64,000 nt of DNA from an uncultured Candidatus Competibacteraceae bacterium (GCA_964545365.1 CAZJFM010000003.1:427-64426), one strand, 5' to 3'; positions 1-9,068 are shown, counted from the first letter of the stretch. Numbers and translations are program-made. Notes: generated by a model not told the origin, from the letters alone.

Positions 1-37
1 TCTTCAGTGGAATCCTGGTTTTGAGTTCCCAAATATT

Positions 38-472
38 ATGACTAAGGAGGCATTGGCTAATATTATTTGCCTTTGGGCTTGCGAAGATATAGAAAATGAT
101 GAACAACGTGAAGGTTTGCTGAAGGCACTCGATGCACTTACCCCCAAAGACGAAGATGGCAACGTAGATACCTCTAATGCATACGGAGCCTACGAGCTAC
201 TTAAACCTTTTGACCGTTCCTCAATACTTGAGAAACTGAACACATTGCGTGCCAATTGGATGTTAAAGGATGAGTTCCTTTTTAAATTCTTGAAAAGTTC
301 GGAAAAAGATGTGTTAAAATGGTTGGATGAAAGGAAACCGGAAACCGTATCACTTGAAAATTACAATAAAGACCCACGCTTCATGCATAAATCTGTTTGG
401 GATTATGGTGAGGTGGGTGAAGGCGCAGGAGTATTGCGTCGCTTTGATGGAATACCGAAAAGACCAAATTGA
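38..472 (+). CDS. hypothetical protein; first gene of a tightly coupled two-gene operon in the lower-GC region
   Basis: 144-aa ORF. Its TGA stop overlaps the ATG of the next ORF (tgaATG at 470-475). Lower GC (~40%) than the rest of the window. No recognisable family motif. Confidence 0.45.
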   Translation: MTKEALANIICLWACEDIENDEQREGLLKALDALTPKDEDGNVDTSNAYGAYELLKPFDRSSILEKLNTLRANWMLKDEFLFKFLKSSEKDVLKWLDERKPETVSLENYNKDPRFMHKSVWDYGEVGEGAGVLRRFDGIPKRPN

Positions 473-1318
473 ATGATTGATTATAAAACCAAAAATAGAC
501 GTCAATACACACAAACTATAACCAGTAAAAACATGTTAACAATCGAAGAATACGAGGACCTATGGAGAGAAATGAAGATCACGAATCTAAAGCTCCCTCC
601 TTACGATGATTATCTTGTTAGGGAAGATGCACTAAAGAAACAGTTGGATAGGTTTAACCAAAACCAGCAAATCAAATACATTCTTGTTGGTGAGGCAGCA
701 CCTGCCAGTGGTAACTACATTTACATAGATGCAGCGGGAAGTTATATTACTGCTCCGCTACGGGCATTCTGTTGTGACCCTGGCAAATCCATTGATGTTA
801 ATTCCCGTTTAGAGAAATTATTTCTTAAAGGTGTAATTCTTCTGGATCTTTTTCCCTTTGCTATTGATTTCAACATTCAAGGAGTGAATAGTACTACGAT
901 GCGCAGAAATATTATTGCATCTAAGGGATTTGGGATTTGTGTCGATATGCTGGAAAGTAAGTTACGCAACTTAAGTAACCAAGGTAAGCTTGCCGATGAC
1001 TGGGATTTTTGTACCGTTGGTCCTGAAACAACATCCATCGGGTTTCTTGATTTTCTTGATAATCAACGTCATGGGAGACTGTGCAATAGACCAACGGCTA
1101 GTCATAATGATCTTCTATTTAGTCCAGACTTTATATATTTAACAAATACGGGGCAAGTTACTTGCGGCAATTACACTAATACACCACCAGCGCTGAGGCA
1201 CAATTGGAATATACCATATCTGTCCAAAAGGGCGAGACTTACCGTAGGAACCATGGGCCAGGGCTCTGGTCCGGTTTGTGAACTTATTCAAAGAGCGTTT
1301 AATATTACATGCTCTTGA
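473..1318 (+). CDS. hypothetical protein (281 aa), translationally coupled to the upstream ORF
   Basis: Long ORF starting immediately at the upstream stop. No recognised motif. Cys-rich C-terminus. Confidence 0.5.
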   Translation: MIDYKTKNRRQYTQTITSKNMLTIEEYEDLWREMKITNLKLPPYDDYLVREDALKKQLDRFNQNQQIKYILVGEAAPASGNYIYIDAAGSYITAPLRAFCCDPGKSIDVNSRLEKLFLKGVILLDLFPFAIDFNIQGVNSTTMRRNIIASKGFGICVDMLESKLRNLSNQGKLADDWDFCTVGPETTSIGFLDFLDNQRHGRLCNRPTASHNDLLFSPDFIYLTNTGQVTCGNYTNTPPALRHNWNIPYLSKRARLTVGTMGQGSGPVCELIQRAFNITCS

Positions 1319-1924
1319 AAATTAGTACTTAGAGGTAGTTTCCCCTTTTCCAGAAACATCTCCAATAGCTGAGAAGCATAAGTATTATAAAACCGTTCTC
1401 GAGTTATAGGTGTATGTCATGCTAAGAGTCGTATACTCTTGTGGGTCACAAAATTCACGGGTACTTTTAATTCGGTTACAATTGTGATAGTCTCAGCCAT
1501 TTTCTTGGGCTGATTTAATTTTCTCCGTTCTGTCACAAAGAGATTTTTTGTGCCCTTATAGAGTTGTAATCCTTCAATAGGAGCGCAATTATAAGTGTAT
1601 TCATTAATCACAAAAAAGAAGAAAAAATGGAAGCAGAAAAAAGTATTTGGTTTAAAAAAGTAGCAGAGCCATTCGGTTGGTTGGTAATATGGCTACGTAT
1701 CTAATTGAGTTAGACGGTAAGATTTGGAAATTCAATAAGCCGAAACTCAAACCGAACAAATTTTATTGTGTAAATCACAGTAACAGACAAAACGAATCTA
1801 GTATTTCGAAGATTATTCATGTAATCGCTCAATTTAGTTGCAAGGCACTATAATCTGATTTGAAAACCCGCCAAAAAACAGAATCATCTTTCAATAGTTC
1901 AAACGCTTTCCTATTTACACCAGT

Positions 1925-2650
1925 ATGAACTTAAGCTCACTTAAAACAACACTCAGTATACTTCTTCTAATTCTCGCTTTACTGATTCCATTTTCATACT
2001 TCTGGGGCAAGCGATATGTGTTGAATAGGGAACTTCGGGAATTGGTTATCGAAACGAAGAGTTATGTCAGGAAACTTGGTCGAGCTGTCGCCAAACAGAA
2101 GTCTACAAGATATCCGAACAAGAATTGCGGATGTACCAAGCACCACCTTAATTTTAGAAAAGACCCATACAATATACATAGAGTTGCTGCCAAAGAATTG
2201 AGCAATGGAAACATAATTAGAACTGTCGATGAACTTGCAGGGACAGATATGGTCAGAGTGGATGATGGCTTAGGTTTTTCAATTTCCAAGGAAAAAATGA
2301 CTCACAGTGAACCATACCTTCACAGGAAAGCTTACTCGGTACTACTTGAGATTGGACTTGAATTTGATAAAAGATTACAGGGAACAAAAGCTGAGGGGAG
2401 TAAAATTCTAATTAGCTCCTTGACGAGGACCATACAACAACAAAAGGATTTGGGTAAGCAGAATGGAAATGCGACCAAGGGAATATCCGCACATTCTTAT
2501 GGCGCTGCTTTTGACGTGTATAACATAGAGACAAAATCAGCATGTTCTATTGCAAGGAGTACGCTGAATTCCTTGCTTATTGATTTTCAGAATAAGGGTA
2601 AGATACTGCTGTGTCCTGAAGGTGGCTGTATACATGTCACGGTAATATGA
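1925..2650 (+). CDS. membrane-anchored zinc peptidase, M15-like (VanY / D-Ala-D-Ala carboxypeptidase family)
   Basis: N-terminal hydrophobic anchor (LSILLLILALLIPFSYFW). Motif SAHSYGAAFDV fits the S-x-H-x-x-G-x-A-x-D metal-binding motif of M15/VanY/VanX peptidases. A C-terminal His (CIHV) could be the second metal ligand. Confidence 0.5.
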   Translation: MNLSSLKTTLSILLLILALLIPFSYFWGKRYVLNRELRELVIETKSYVRKLGRAVAKQKSTRYPNKNCGCTKHHLNFRKDPYNIHRVAAKELSNGNIIRTVDELAGTDMVRVDDGLGFSISKEKMTHSEPYLHRKAYSVLLEIGLEFDKRLQGTKAEGSKILISSLTRTIQQQKDLGKQNGNATKGISAHSYGAAFDVYNIETKSACSIARSTLNSLLIDFQNKGKILLCPEGGCIHVTVI

Positions 2651-2975
2651 TTCGGTTGCAACTACCTAACATCTCTGTACAACTCCAGTCGTATTTAATA
2701 GAATAGCACTTAATCTGGATGATCGGCTTCAGGTCTGTATGACGTCAACTAAAAGTGTACTGCTAAAAAGGTAGTGTTACTTGACAATTTAACATCTTCA
2801 TGGCATGCTGAAGAATAGGAGAACTGAAAGTCATCAAGAACTTTACCGAAACTTAGGCAATACAAATATCCTCGGTCGAGAAGGAAAAGTGTACGTTCTA
2901 TTGTAAGGTTAACCTAAGTTTTCCGAGCCTAAAGCTGTGTAGCTTTTGATAAATGAAAAATTTTTTTTGCCATGA

Positions 2976-3290
2976 TTGTCACTTCCATTCATTCAGTGCC
3001 CTTATAATAAACGGATAGGGAATTCACCTAATTCATTAAAACTAAAGAGTATTATGGATCCATATTGGAACAAATGTGCGAGTTATGGCCGCATCGACAT
3101 CCTCTCTCATAACGGTGCTGTCAGACTTTATTACAACCAATTCGAGTACAGACTTCTCATTTATCCGAGCTTCTTCAGGGCGACCAGTGCTATGTGGCAA
3201 GGTAGTAATGTGATTGTCCGCGGCTACGATCAATACAACAAGCCTAAAGCTGTATTGATGACCGACTTTTTCAGTTTTCAGCAAATGTGA
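2976..3290 (+). CDS. hypothetical small protein
   Basis: 104-aa ORF in an AT-rich island. No motif recognised, and the start is uncertain (an alternative Met lies at 3054). Confidence 0.25.
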   Translation: MSLPFIQCPYNKRIGNSPNSLKLKSIMDPYWNKCASYGRIDILSHNGAVRLYYNQFEYRLLIYPSFFRATSAMWQGSNVIVRGYDQYNKPKAVLMTDFFSFQQM

Positions 3291-3502
3291 ATCAAAGAAG
3301 AAATTTGAATATTATTGCCTGTTCTAAAATGATTTGCTAAGCGCTATTAGCTTTGGCCCTAACCTTTTGTTGGTGTTAAGAGCATTTGCTCTCTAATGTA
3401 TTCATCCCTCAAAATTGGAAAATATGCACGCTTTAGGCGGATTTACATCCACAAGCTTAAAGGCATTCGGGGGGCTGATTTAGCTTATAGTTTTAATCGG
3501 TT

Positions 3503-3991
3503 TTAAACCTTTACTTTAGTTAATATCCATTTCCCTTGACTCTCTTTGAAGGAGAATACCACAGACGTGAGTCCTAACTGGGTTGGGAAGACCCAACTTA
3601 AGTTAAGCCAATTACTGTCTGCAGTATCTTCAGGGTATATTACCATTCCGTCTTCTGGATCTACATAGATAAACTCTGCATAACAATCATGGGTCCTAAG
3701 TTTTTCGCAAACCTCAGCTCCCAATGCCTCTTTGTAGGTAGAAAGAAAAATCTGCCTTGGTGAGCTAGCTGTTTTAATTGGGTAGTTCATCCATGAAGCG
3801 CTTATGAATTCGTCAATGTAGTAGTCCATAAATTGCGAATCAAAAAGGCTGAGACTATTAACGACTGCTAAAGCTTCATTGACAACTTTCTCTTCAAACA
3901 CAGTTAGCTGGTGTTGGTTGTCTTGGGCATTGGAAATAGCAGGTAGTAGACAAACAATAGTTAAGTTTAAAATAAGAGGGAACAGTTTCAT
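3503..3991 (-). CDS. secreted hypothetical protein
   Basis: N-terminal signal peptide (MKLFPLILNLTIVCLLPAISNAQ). Start overlaps the stop of the upstream gene by 4 nt (ATGA). Last gene of a three-gene minus-strand operon. Confidence 0.5.
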   Translation of the reverse strand: MKLFPLILNLTIVCLLPAISNAQDNQHQLTVFEEKVVNEALAVVNSLSLFDSQFMDYYIDEFISASWMNYPIKTASSPRQIFLSTYKEALGAEVCEKLRTHDCYAEFIYVDPEDGMVIYPEDTADSNWLNLSWVFPTQLGLTSVVFSFKESQGKWILTKVKV

Positions 3992-4275
3992 ATGGTATTG
4001 TCTTTAGTTTTGCATTTTGCAAAAGCCAGAATGCGCCAATGCATTTCTTGTAGTTCAGCGCAAATTTCGTACTCTTCTTGTTCTTCGAAGTGTTCAAAAA
4101 GTAGCTCAAAAAGACCCATTTCACAAGCTTTGCACATCTCGGAGTCCTGTTTAAAGTTGGATTCTTCGAGTGCCACCCACTTTTTGAAGATTTTGCGTGC
4201 CAAGCGATCGCAGGCCTTTTCGACCTCACCCAGAAGTACTTCAAGGGGGTCACGAGGAGAGGAAGATGCATTCAT
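3988..4275 (-). CDS. hypothetical small acidic/Cys-containing protein
   Basis: 95-aa ORF whose stop overlaps the downstream gene start. Middle gene of the three-gene operon. No motif recognised. Confidence 0.4.
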   Translation of the reverse strand: MNASSSPRDPLEVLLGEVEKACDRLARKIFKKWVALEESNFKQDSEMCKACEMGLFELLFEHFEEQEEYEICAELQEMHWRILAFAKCKTKDNTI

Positions 4276-4323
4276 TTTATTTACTGGTTTAATACATGAT
4301 AGTTTTGAGCATAGGGAATAGGC

Positions 4324-4731
4324 TCAATGATGAATTTTGAGCGTAGGAAGCTCCTGTATATCCATTTTAGATTGGGAGAAGAAGTGGTTCGCAGCTGTCG
4401 CAAGTATGGCTGATAGCAGGCTTCCCATAGTGGACGGTGAACCGCATACTTCCAACTCACTGAAACGGTAATTGTCAAGTCTATAAGTTTCTCCCAAACC
4501 GTAAATGATGGTTTGAATAGACTTTTGGTAATCAAAGGCCTCTGCAGCTCGCATTTGAATGCGGCCGTTTTTGTCAATAGAAAAGCTGGCAACAAAGGGG
4601 GTAAATGCCTTGTTTTTAATCCGAACAATGTATGCATCATTGTAAATCTCTACAAGAGCTCCCGCTTTGCAATGCATGTTTAATTCTGTAGACCATTCGC
4701 GAAGAAAGTGAAGCAAACTTTTTGAAGTCAT
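4324..4731 (-). CDS. hypothetical protein
   Basis: 135-aa ORF, first gene of the minus-strand three-gene operon. The overlapping ORF 4281..4640 in another frame looks less protein-like. Confidence 0.4.
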   Translation of the reverse strand: MTSKSLLHFLREWSTELNMHCKAGALVEIYNDAYIVRIKNKAFTPFVASFSIDKNGRIQMRAAEAFDYQKSIQTIIYGLGETYRLDNYRFSELEVCGSPSTMGSLLSAILATAANHFFSQSKMDIQELPTLKIHH

Positions 4732-5058
4732 AAAGTAGTTTTAATGCGTTTACTTAGATTAAGTAGATTGAATAGGTATTTGTGACAGAATCAGATTTTC
4801 AGGAAATTTTTAGATTAAAAATCCTTAGTTCCGGGCGCGCGCTAAAGATGGTAGAGCTATCAACCTCGCTGCTGTCTAAGCGTTTTGAGACTGAAGACGC
4901 CTTGTGTTTTAGGAACTGTAGGTACCGGTGCATAACTTGAAAAAGCGATACCTTTTTGGTCTCCAAGAGTACAGGGGGGGGCGGTTTCCGGAATCTTTTG
5001 CTGGAAGAAATATCCCGCAGTACATTGCTTGGTTATCTGTGGAGGCTTAGGATTCCAC

Positions 5059-5682
5059 TTATCTATGGTTTTTAATAAACTCCGTAGGGTCTAGGTAACC
5101 TGCTGTGTTAACGGAATAGCCTGGTCCAACGCCCATATTGATTCGGTCCCTTATTTCGAAATGCAAATGCGCCAAATAGGCTCCATTTGCGGTTCCAATG
5201 GTAGCTATGGTAGCGCCTTTTTGAACGATTTGGTCTTTTTTAACTAGGATTTCATCGCAATGAGCATACAAGGACTCAATTCTTTTTTTGTTGGGTAGGG
5301 TATGCTCCACAATGATCACGTTTCCCCAACCCCCGCCAAGGTTTTCCGCCATTTTTACGCGTCCATGGGCAATGGAGTAAATGGGGTCGCCCAAATCGGA
5401 ATTGCCTCCGGTCACGGCATTCCAATCGTCCCCTAAATGGGCGTTTTCACCAAATCCTTGGGCATTGTAATAGCCCCTGGCATCGGGTTTGCCTACCGGA
5501 TAATCAAAGGAATGGGCCACCGGATATTCGATGGGTTGTTCCACGGGTTTTGGCTTCTTTCTTTGTCCGGATTTAACGGGGGCTTCTTCCCCGAAGCAAC
5601 TTATTAATGCCAAGCCAAGCCATCCAATAATGTTCCAATTGAGGCTTAAGGTTCGGGAGGAGGAAGGGGTTTTTATGGGCAT
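5059..5682 (-). CDS. M23 family metallopeptidase (LytM-domain peptidoglycan endopeptidase)
   Basis: Canonical M23 motifs: HLGDDW (HxxxD), SIAHGRV, GNVIIVEH, and LAHLHFEIR (the HxH motif). Preceded by an N-terminal signal/anchor. Confidence 0.9.
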   Translation of the reverse strand: MPIKTPSSSRTLSLNWNIIGWLGLALISCFGEEAPVKSGQRKKPKPVEQPIEYPVAHSFDYPVGKPDARGYYNAQGFGENAHLGDDWNAVTGGNSDLGDPIYSIAHGRVKMAENLGGGWGNVIIVEHTLPNKKRIESLYAHCDEILVKKDQIVQKGATIATIGTANGAYLAHLHFEIRDRINMGVGPGYSVNTAGYLDPTEFIKNHR

Positions 5683-5869
5683 ATGCAGCTATAATATTTC
5701 AGCAAACTGGCCTATTTAAAGGACTCGTATTCTTTTAAGGTAAAAAGAAAGGGTTGATGAGGGATTGTTCCAAGGAAAATTCTGTTGAGGAAATTTCATG
5801 TTCACCAACCATGTCCAAACCAATAGATAACGCAATATCATTGGTTTTATTGGTTCCGACCTTGGATGT

Positions 5870-6838
5870 TTATTGGCTGTGGTGGGCTTTTTTTCTGTAA
5901 ATGGTTTTGGTTTTGTCGCCCTGCTTCTCAAACAAACCGAGTTCAAGGCCTCGTTTTAAGTCGCGACTGGCGGTTGCCGAAGAAATATTTTTAAATACGT
6001 TCATATACGCTTTCCGGCTGAATTCGCCTTCGGCTATTTCGAAAAAGTAGGCCAAACGATCCTTAGCGCTCAATGTCCTAGGTTTAAAATCAAGGATTTC
6101 GTTGAGTGCCTCATCGATAACCCCAAGCATGTATTCAATAAAAGGGCTTGAGTTTCCGGCCTTGTCGCTTTTTGAGAGTGCCTGATAATAGAGAGTTTGA
6201 GTTTTTTGGATTATGTTTTCAAATGGGATGAACTCAAACACAGGGTATTCATGCATTAAGATGCGTGTTTGCCATAAACGGCCCATTCTGCCGTTCCCAT
6301 CGGTGAATGGGTGAATAAACTCCATTTCGTAATGAAACACACAACTCTTAATTAGCGGAATCTCCTTGGATGATTTTACATAAGCAAACAAATCGTTCAT
6401 TAAGTAGGGTACATTTTCGGCCGGTGGGGCCATATGCGCCAATTTATTTCCTGCCATAATGCCAACCCCTTTATTTCGAAATTTCCCGGGGTCAGGAATG
6501 AGACCATTCATGAGCATCTTGTGCGCACTTAGAAAGGACTTGACCGAGTTGGGATTGAATAAAGCCATTTGGTTATACACTTGAATGGCGTTCAAGACCT
6601 CATTCACGTCTTTTTTCGGCCCAATAATTCGCTTGTTTTCGATTAATGCTGTGATTTGCTCCTCAGTGAGCGTATTGCCCTCTATGCCTAGGGAAGCATG
6701 AATGGTTTTGATTTTGTTTTCCTTGCGCAGCTTTGGTGATGGTTTATCTAGAAGATTTGCATGAATCTGCCCTATTTTTTCTGAAATAGAAGTAATCCGT
6801 TTTAGTATTTCCGGGGTGATTTGATACGGAGGGTTCAC
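5870..6838 (-). CDS. Fic family protein (Fic/DOC AMPylator family with C-terminal winged-helix region)
   Basis: Fic core motif HPFTDGNGRMGR, which matches HPFx[DE]GNGRxxR. 322 aa. Confidence 0.9.
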   Translation of the reverse strand: MNPPYQITPEILKRITSISEKIGQIHANLLDKPSPKLRKENKIKTIHASLGIEGNTLTEEQITALIENKRIIGPKKDVNEVLNAIQVYNQMALFNPNSVKSFLSAHKMLMNGLIPDPGKFRNKGVGIMAGNKLAHMAPPAENVPYLMNDLFAYVKSSKEIPLIKSCVFHYEMEFIHPFTDGNGRMGRLWQTRILMHEYPVFEFIPFENIIQKTQTLYYQALSKSDKAGNSSPFIEYMLGVIDEALNEILDFKPRTLSAKDRLAYFFEIAEGEFSRKAYMNVFKNISSATASRDLKRGLELGLFEKQGDKTKTIYRKKAHHSQ

Positions 6839-6954
6839 TTATTTGATACTATCATTTGATGCTATTAAACATAAGAAAAATATGGGAATGATGCTCTGGC
6901 TATTTACTATTTTGGGAATTGGGGCGCGATATTTTGATTTAGTATTCTGCTCTT

Positions 6955-7745
6955 TTGTTTTGAAGGTCCTTAGGTTGGGCGATGCTCTCCGCCAGGGACT
7001 GAGGCGGTACCGCCGCGGGCTTGGGAGCTTAGGCCGCCGCCCTGAGCCGCGGCGGCGCAAAGCAAGCCCCGGCGAAGGGTAGGAGACTGTTGATGCGATG
7101 CTATTCTGGCGGCAACTTTGCGTTGCAGGCAAATCTCAAGGTCCTCATTTACCATTAGTAAACTCCGGCCTTTCTATTTGCCTGCGCCTTAATTTGCCTT
7201 GAAAACGCAACGCATCAACAGTCTCCGTTGGCGGCCTAGCTCCCAAGACCGTGGAGTAAAGCCGAAGGCCCGGCAGGCGGCCAAAAAACACCAGATTGAC
7301 GTGGGCTAAGGTGGTGATATTCTAGAAGTAAGCCTGCCCTGACCGAAGCGTCAGGGGTCCTCATTTACCATTAGTAAACTCCGGCCTGTCCTGACCGAAG
7401 CGTCAGTGGCCTTTCTATTTGCCTGCGCCTTAAACCCCTGACGCTTCGGTCAGGAACTGCGTCCCTGACGCTTCGGTCAGGGACTTCGTCTTGAAAACGC
7501 AACGCATCAACAGTCTCCGTTGGCGGCCTGGCTCCCAAGACCGTGGAGTAAAGCCGAAGGCCCGGCTGGCGGCCAAAATAACATTGGCCTGAAGTAGGTT
7601 AAGGGGGCATTATTCTGGCGGCCATCCGACCCGGACCAGAGCCTCGGGTAGTTGAATTCGACTCTAACCTGCCGGCTTATGGATACTGACCGTAAGCATG
7701 GTACCTGGCCTTAGGGCGAAGCGTCAGGAAAAAACGCCTAACTTT
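6955..7745. repeat. intergenic repeat cluster of hairpin units (CCTGAC-CGAAGC-GTCAGG), ~90-bp direct repeats and a nested insertion
   Basis: An 18-bp palindromic unit occurs several times (7336-7353, 7390-7407, 7434-7451, 7464-7481 and further). An ~89-bp direct repeat lies at 7199-7287 and 7491-7579 with 2 mismatches. A 30-bp repeat 'tcctcatttaccattagtaaactccggcc' occurs at 7142 and 7358, and the second copy is interrupted by a hairpin unit. An inverted 16-mer ggagactgttgatgcg / cgcatcaacagtctcc lies at 7083 and 7212. Confidence 0.85.
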
Positions 7746-7829
7746 AGCTGTAAACATCGGTTTTTATGACCTTTCGCGAATCTTTCCCTCGGTTTTTGGG
7801 CTTGCAGGTCTTGTGCTTTGTGCGCTTCT

Positions 7830-8123
7830 TTAAATCAAGTGCTCCATTTCTGCCATAAGGCAAGAGCCGCCTTTGTTTTGGAATAGCTGCTGAATTTTGG
7901 GCGCTAATTCGGGGTCGAGTGGCGCCGGAAAAACGGCCACAATTAGTCTGTCGCGCATGACATCTAGGGGCAAATCGCCTTGTTTTTCCAATCCTCCAAG
8001 GCGGCCGATGGCATCCTCGATGAGGGTGTATTGTATGCAGTCTTTGTGCTCAAGCACCAAAGGTTTAAAGGGCTTCCAGGCTGCCGGTGGCACCACACAT
8101 TCTAAGCGAATCACTTTTGCCAT
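7830..8123 (-). CDS. PII-like small signalling protein (SbtB-like) encoded downstream of a bicarbonate-transporter-family permease
   Basis: 97-aa ORF immediately downstream of an SbtA-family permease, with a 3-nt gap. Size and position are typical of PII-like SbtB. The similarity call rests on context and length, not a strong motif. Confidence 0.45.
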   Translation of the reverse strand: MAKVIRLECVVPPAAWKPFKPLVLEHKDCIQYTLIEDAIGRLGGLEKQGDLPLDVMRDRLIVAVFPAPLDPELAPKIQQLFQNKGGSCLMAEMEHLI

Positions 8124-8126
8124 AAT

Positions 8127-9068
8127 CTATGCCAGGCTTTGAATTAAAAAATCGTATAATGGAATTCCAAACAAAATATTGAATGGGAAGGTAATGGCCA
8201 AGGGTAGGGTAATATAGAGCGAAGGGTCGGCTTTGGGCACGGCCAGGCGCATGGCTGCAGGTACGGCAATGTAGCTGCCCGATCCGCACAATAAACACCA
8301 TAACAGCAAATCGCCGGGTGGCAGTCCCAAAAGCTTGCCGCTCAAAAGTCCAAGTAGGCCCATGCCCAATGGAAATAAAAAGCCAAAGGCCAGAAGGAAG
8401 GAGGCACGTTTTTTTAAGCCTCCAAAGCGTCGGGCGGCCACCAAGCCCATGTCGAGCAAAAAGAGCAGCAGCACCCCTTTAAACAAAGGGCCGGTAAATA
8501 TTTCGAGGCTTTTGGCTCCTTTTTCGCCGGAAATCCAGCCGATGAGTAAAGCACCCAGCAACAAAACCACGGAACCGTTGGTGAGTGCCTCGCGTACCGC
8601 CTCTCGAAATCCTTGTTTGTCTTCGCCTCTTTTTTTGCTTAAGAGCATGCCCGAAACAATGGCCGGCGATTCCATAACGGCCAAAGCAGCTACCATATAG
8701 CCCGAAAAGGGGGTGTTGGAGGTTTCGAGCCAGGAAACGCCGGTGATAAAGGTCACTGCACTCACCGAGCCATAGGCTGCCGCAATGGCTGCTGCGTTTT
8801 TTCGTCCTACGCGTTTTGCTAAGAGAGGAAAGGCCAACCAAGGAACGAGGGCACTGGCTGCTAAGGCCATGCCTAGAACAGCAAAGCCTTGCGCTTGCAG
8901 ACCGGTGTGGGCCAGCTCAAAACCGCCTTTTAAGCCAATGGCTAAAAGTAAGTACAGGGAAAACAATCGGGGCAACGGCGAGGGGACTTCCAAATCGCTT
9001 TTGATGAGCGTGGCTGCGATGCCCAGAAAAAAACACAATATGGCAGGATCCAAAAACGAATCAAACAT
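8127..9068 (-). CDS. sodium-dependent bicarbonate transporter family permease (SbtA/DUF897-like), ~10 TM helices
   Basis: 313-aa polytopic membrane protein. An internal duplication-like arrangement of Gly/Leu-rich helices, and pairing with the small PII-like ORF, are characteristic of the SbtA family. Confidence 0.55.
   Translation of the reverse strand: MFDSFLDPAILCFFLGIAATLIKSDLEVPSPLPRLFSLYLLLAIGLKGGFELAHTGLQAQGFAVLGMALAASALVPWLAFPLLAKRVGRKNAAAIAAAYGSVSAVTFITGVSWLETSNTPFSGYMVAALAVMESPAIVSGMLLSKKRGEDKQGFREAVREALTNGSVVLLLGALLIGWISGEKGAKSLEIFTGPLFKGVLLLFLLDMGLVAARRFGGLKKRASFLLAFGFLFPLGMGLLGLLSGKLLGLPPGDLLLWCLLCGSGSYIAVPAAMRLAVPKADPSLYITLPLAITFPFNILFGIPLYDFLIQSLA

Noticed and set aside
1417-1611. 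64-aa minus-strand ORF in the AT-rich intergenic region of the island
   Set aside because: Short and with no signal or motif. It could be real, but there is no support beyond the ORF itself, so it is not reported as a feature.
4840-4900. Possible tRNA fragment or attachment site (ggtagagctatcaacctcgctgctgtctaagcg) at the island boundary
   Set aside because: It contains a D-loop-like GGTAGAGC, but I could not fold a cloverleaf (no acceptor stem or TΨC arm). Likely coincidental.
6839-7155. ORFs 6839..7132(-), 6843..7082(+) and 6970..7155(-), with Arg/Pro/Gly-rich translations
   Set aside because: They lie entirely within the palindromic repeat cluster. The low-complexity, frame-symmetric translations are typical of repeat artefacts.
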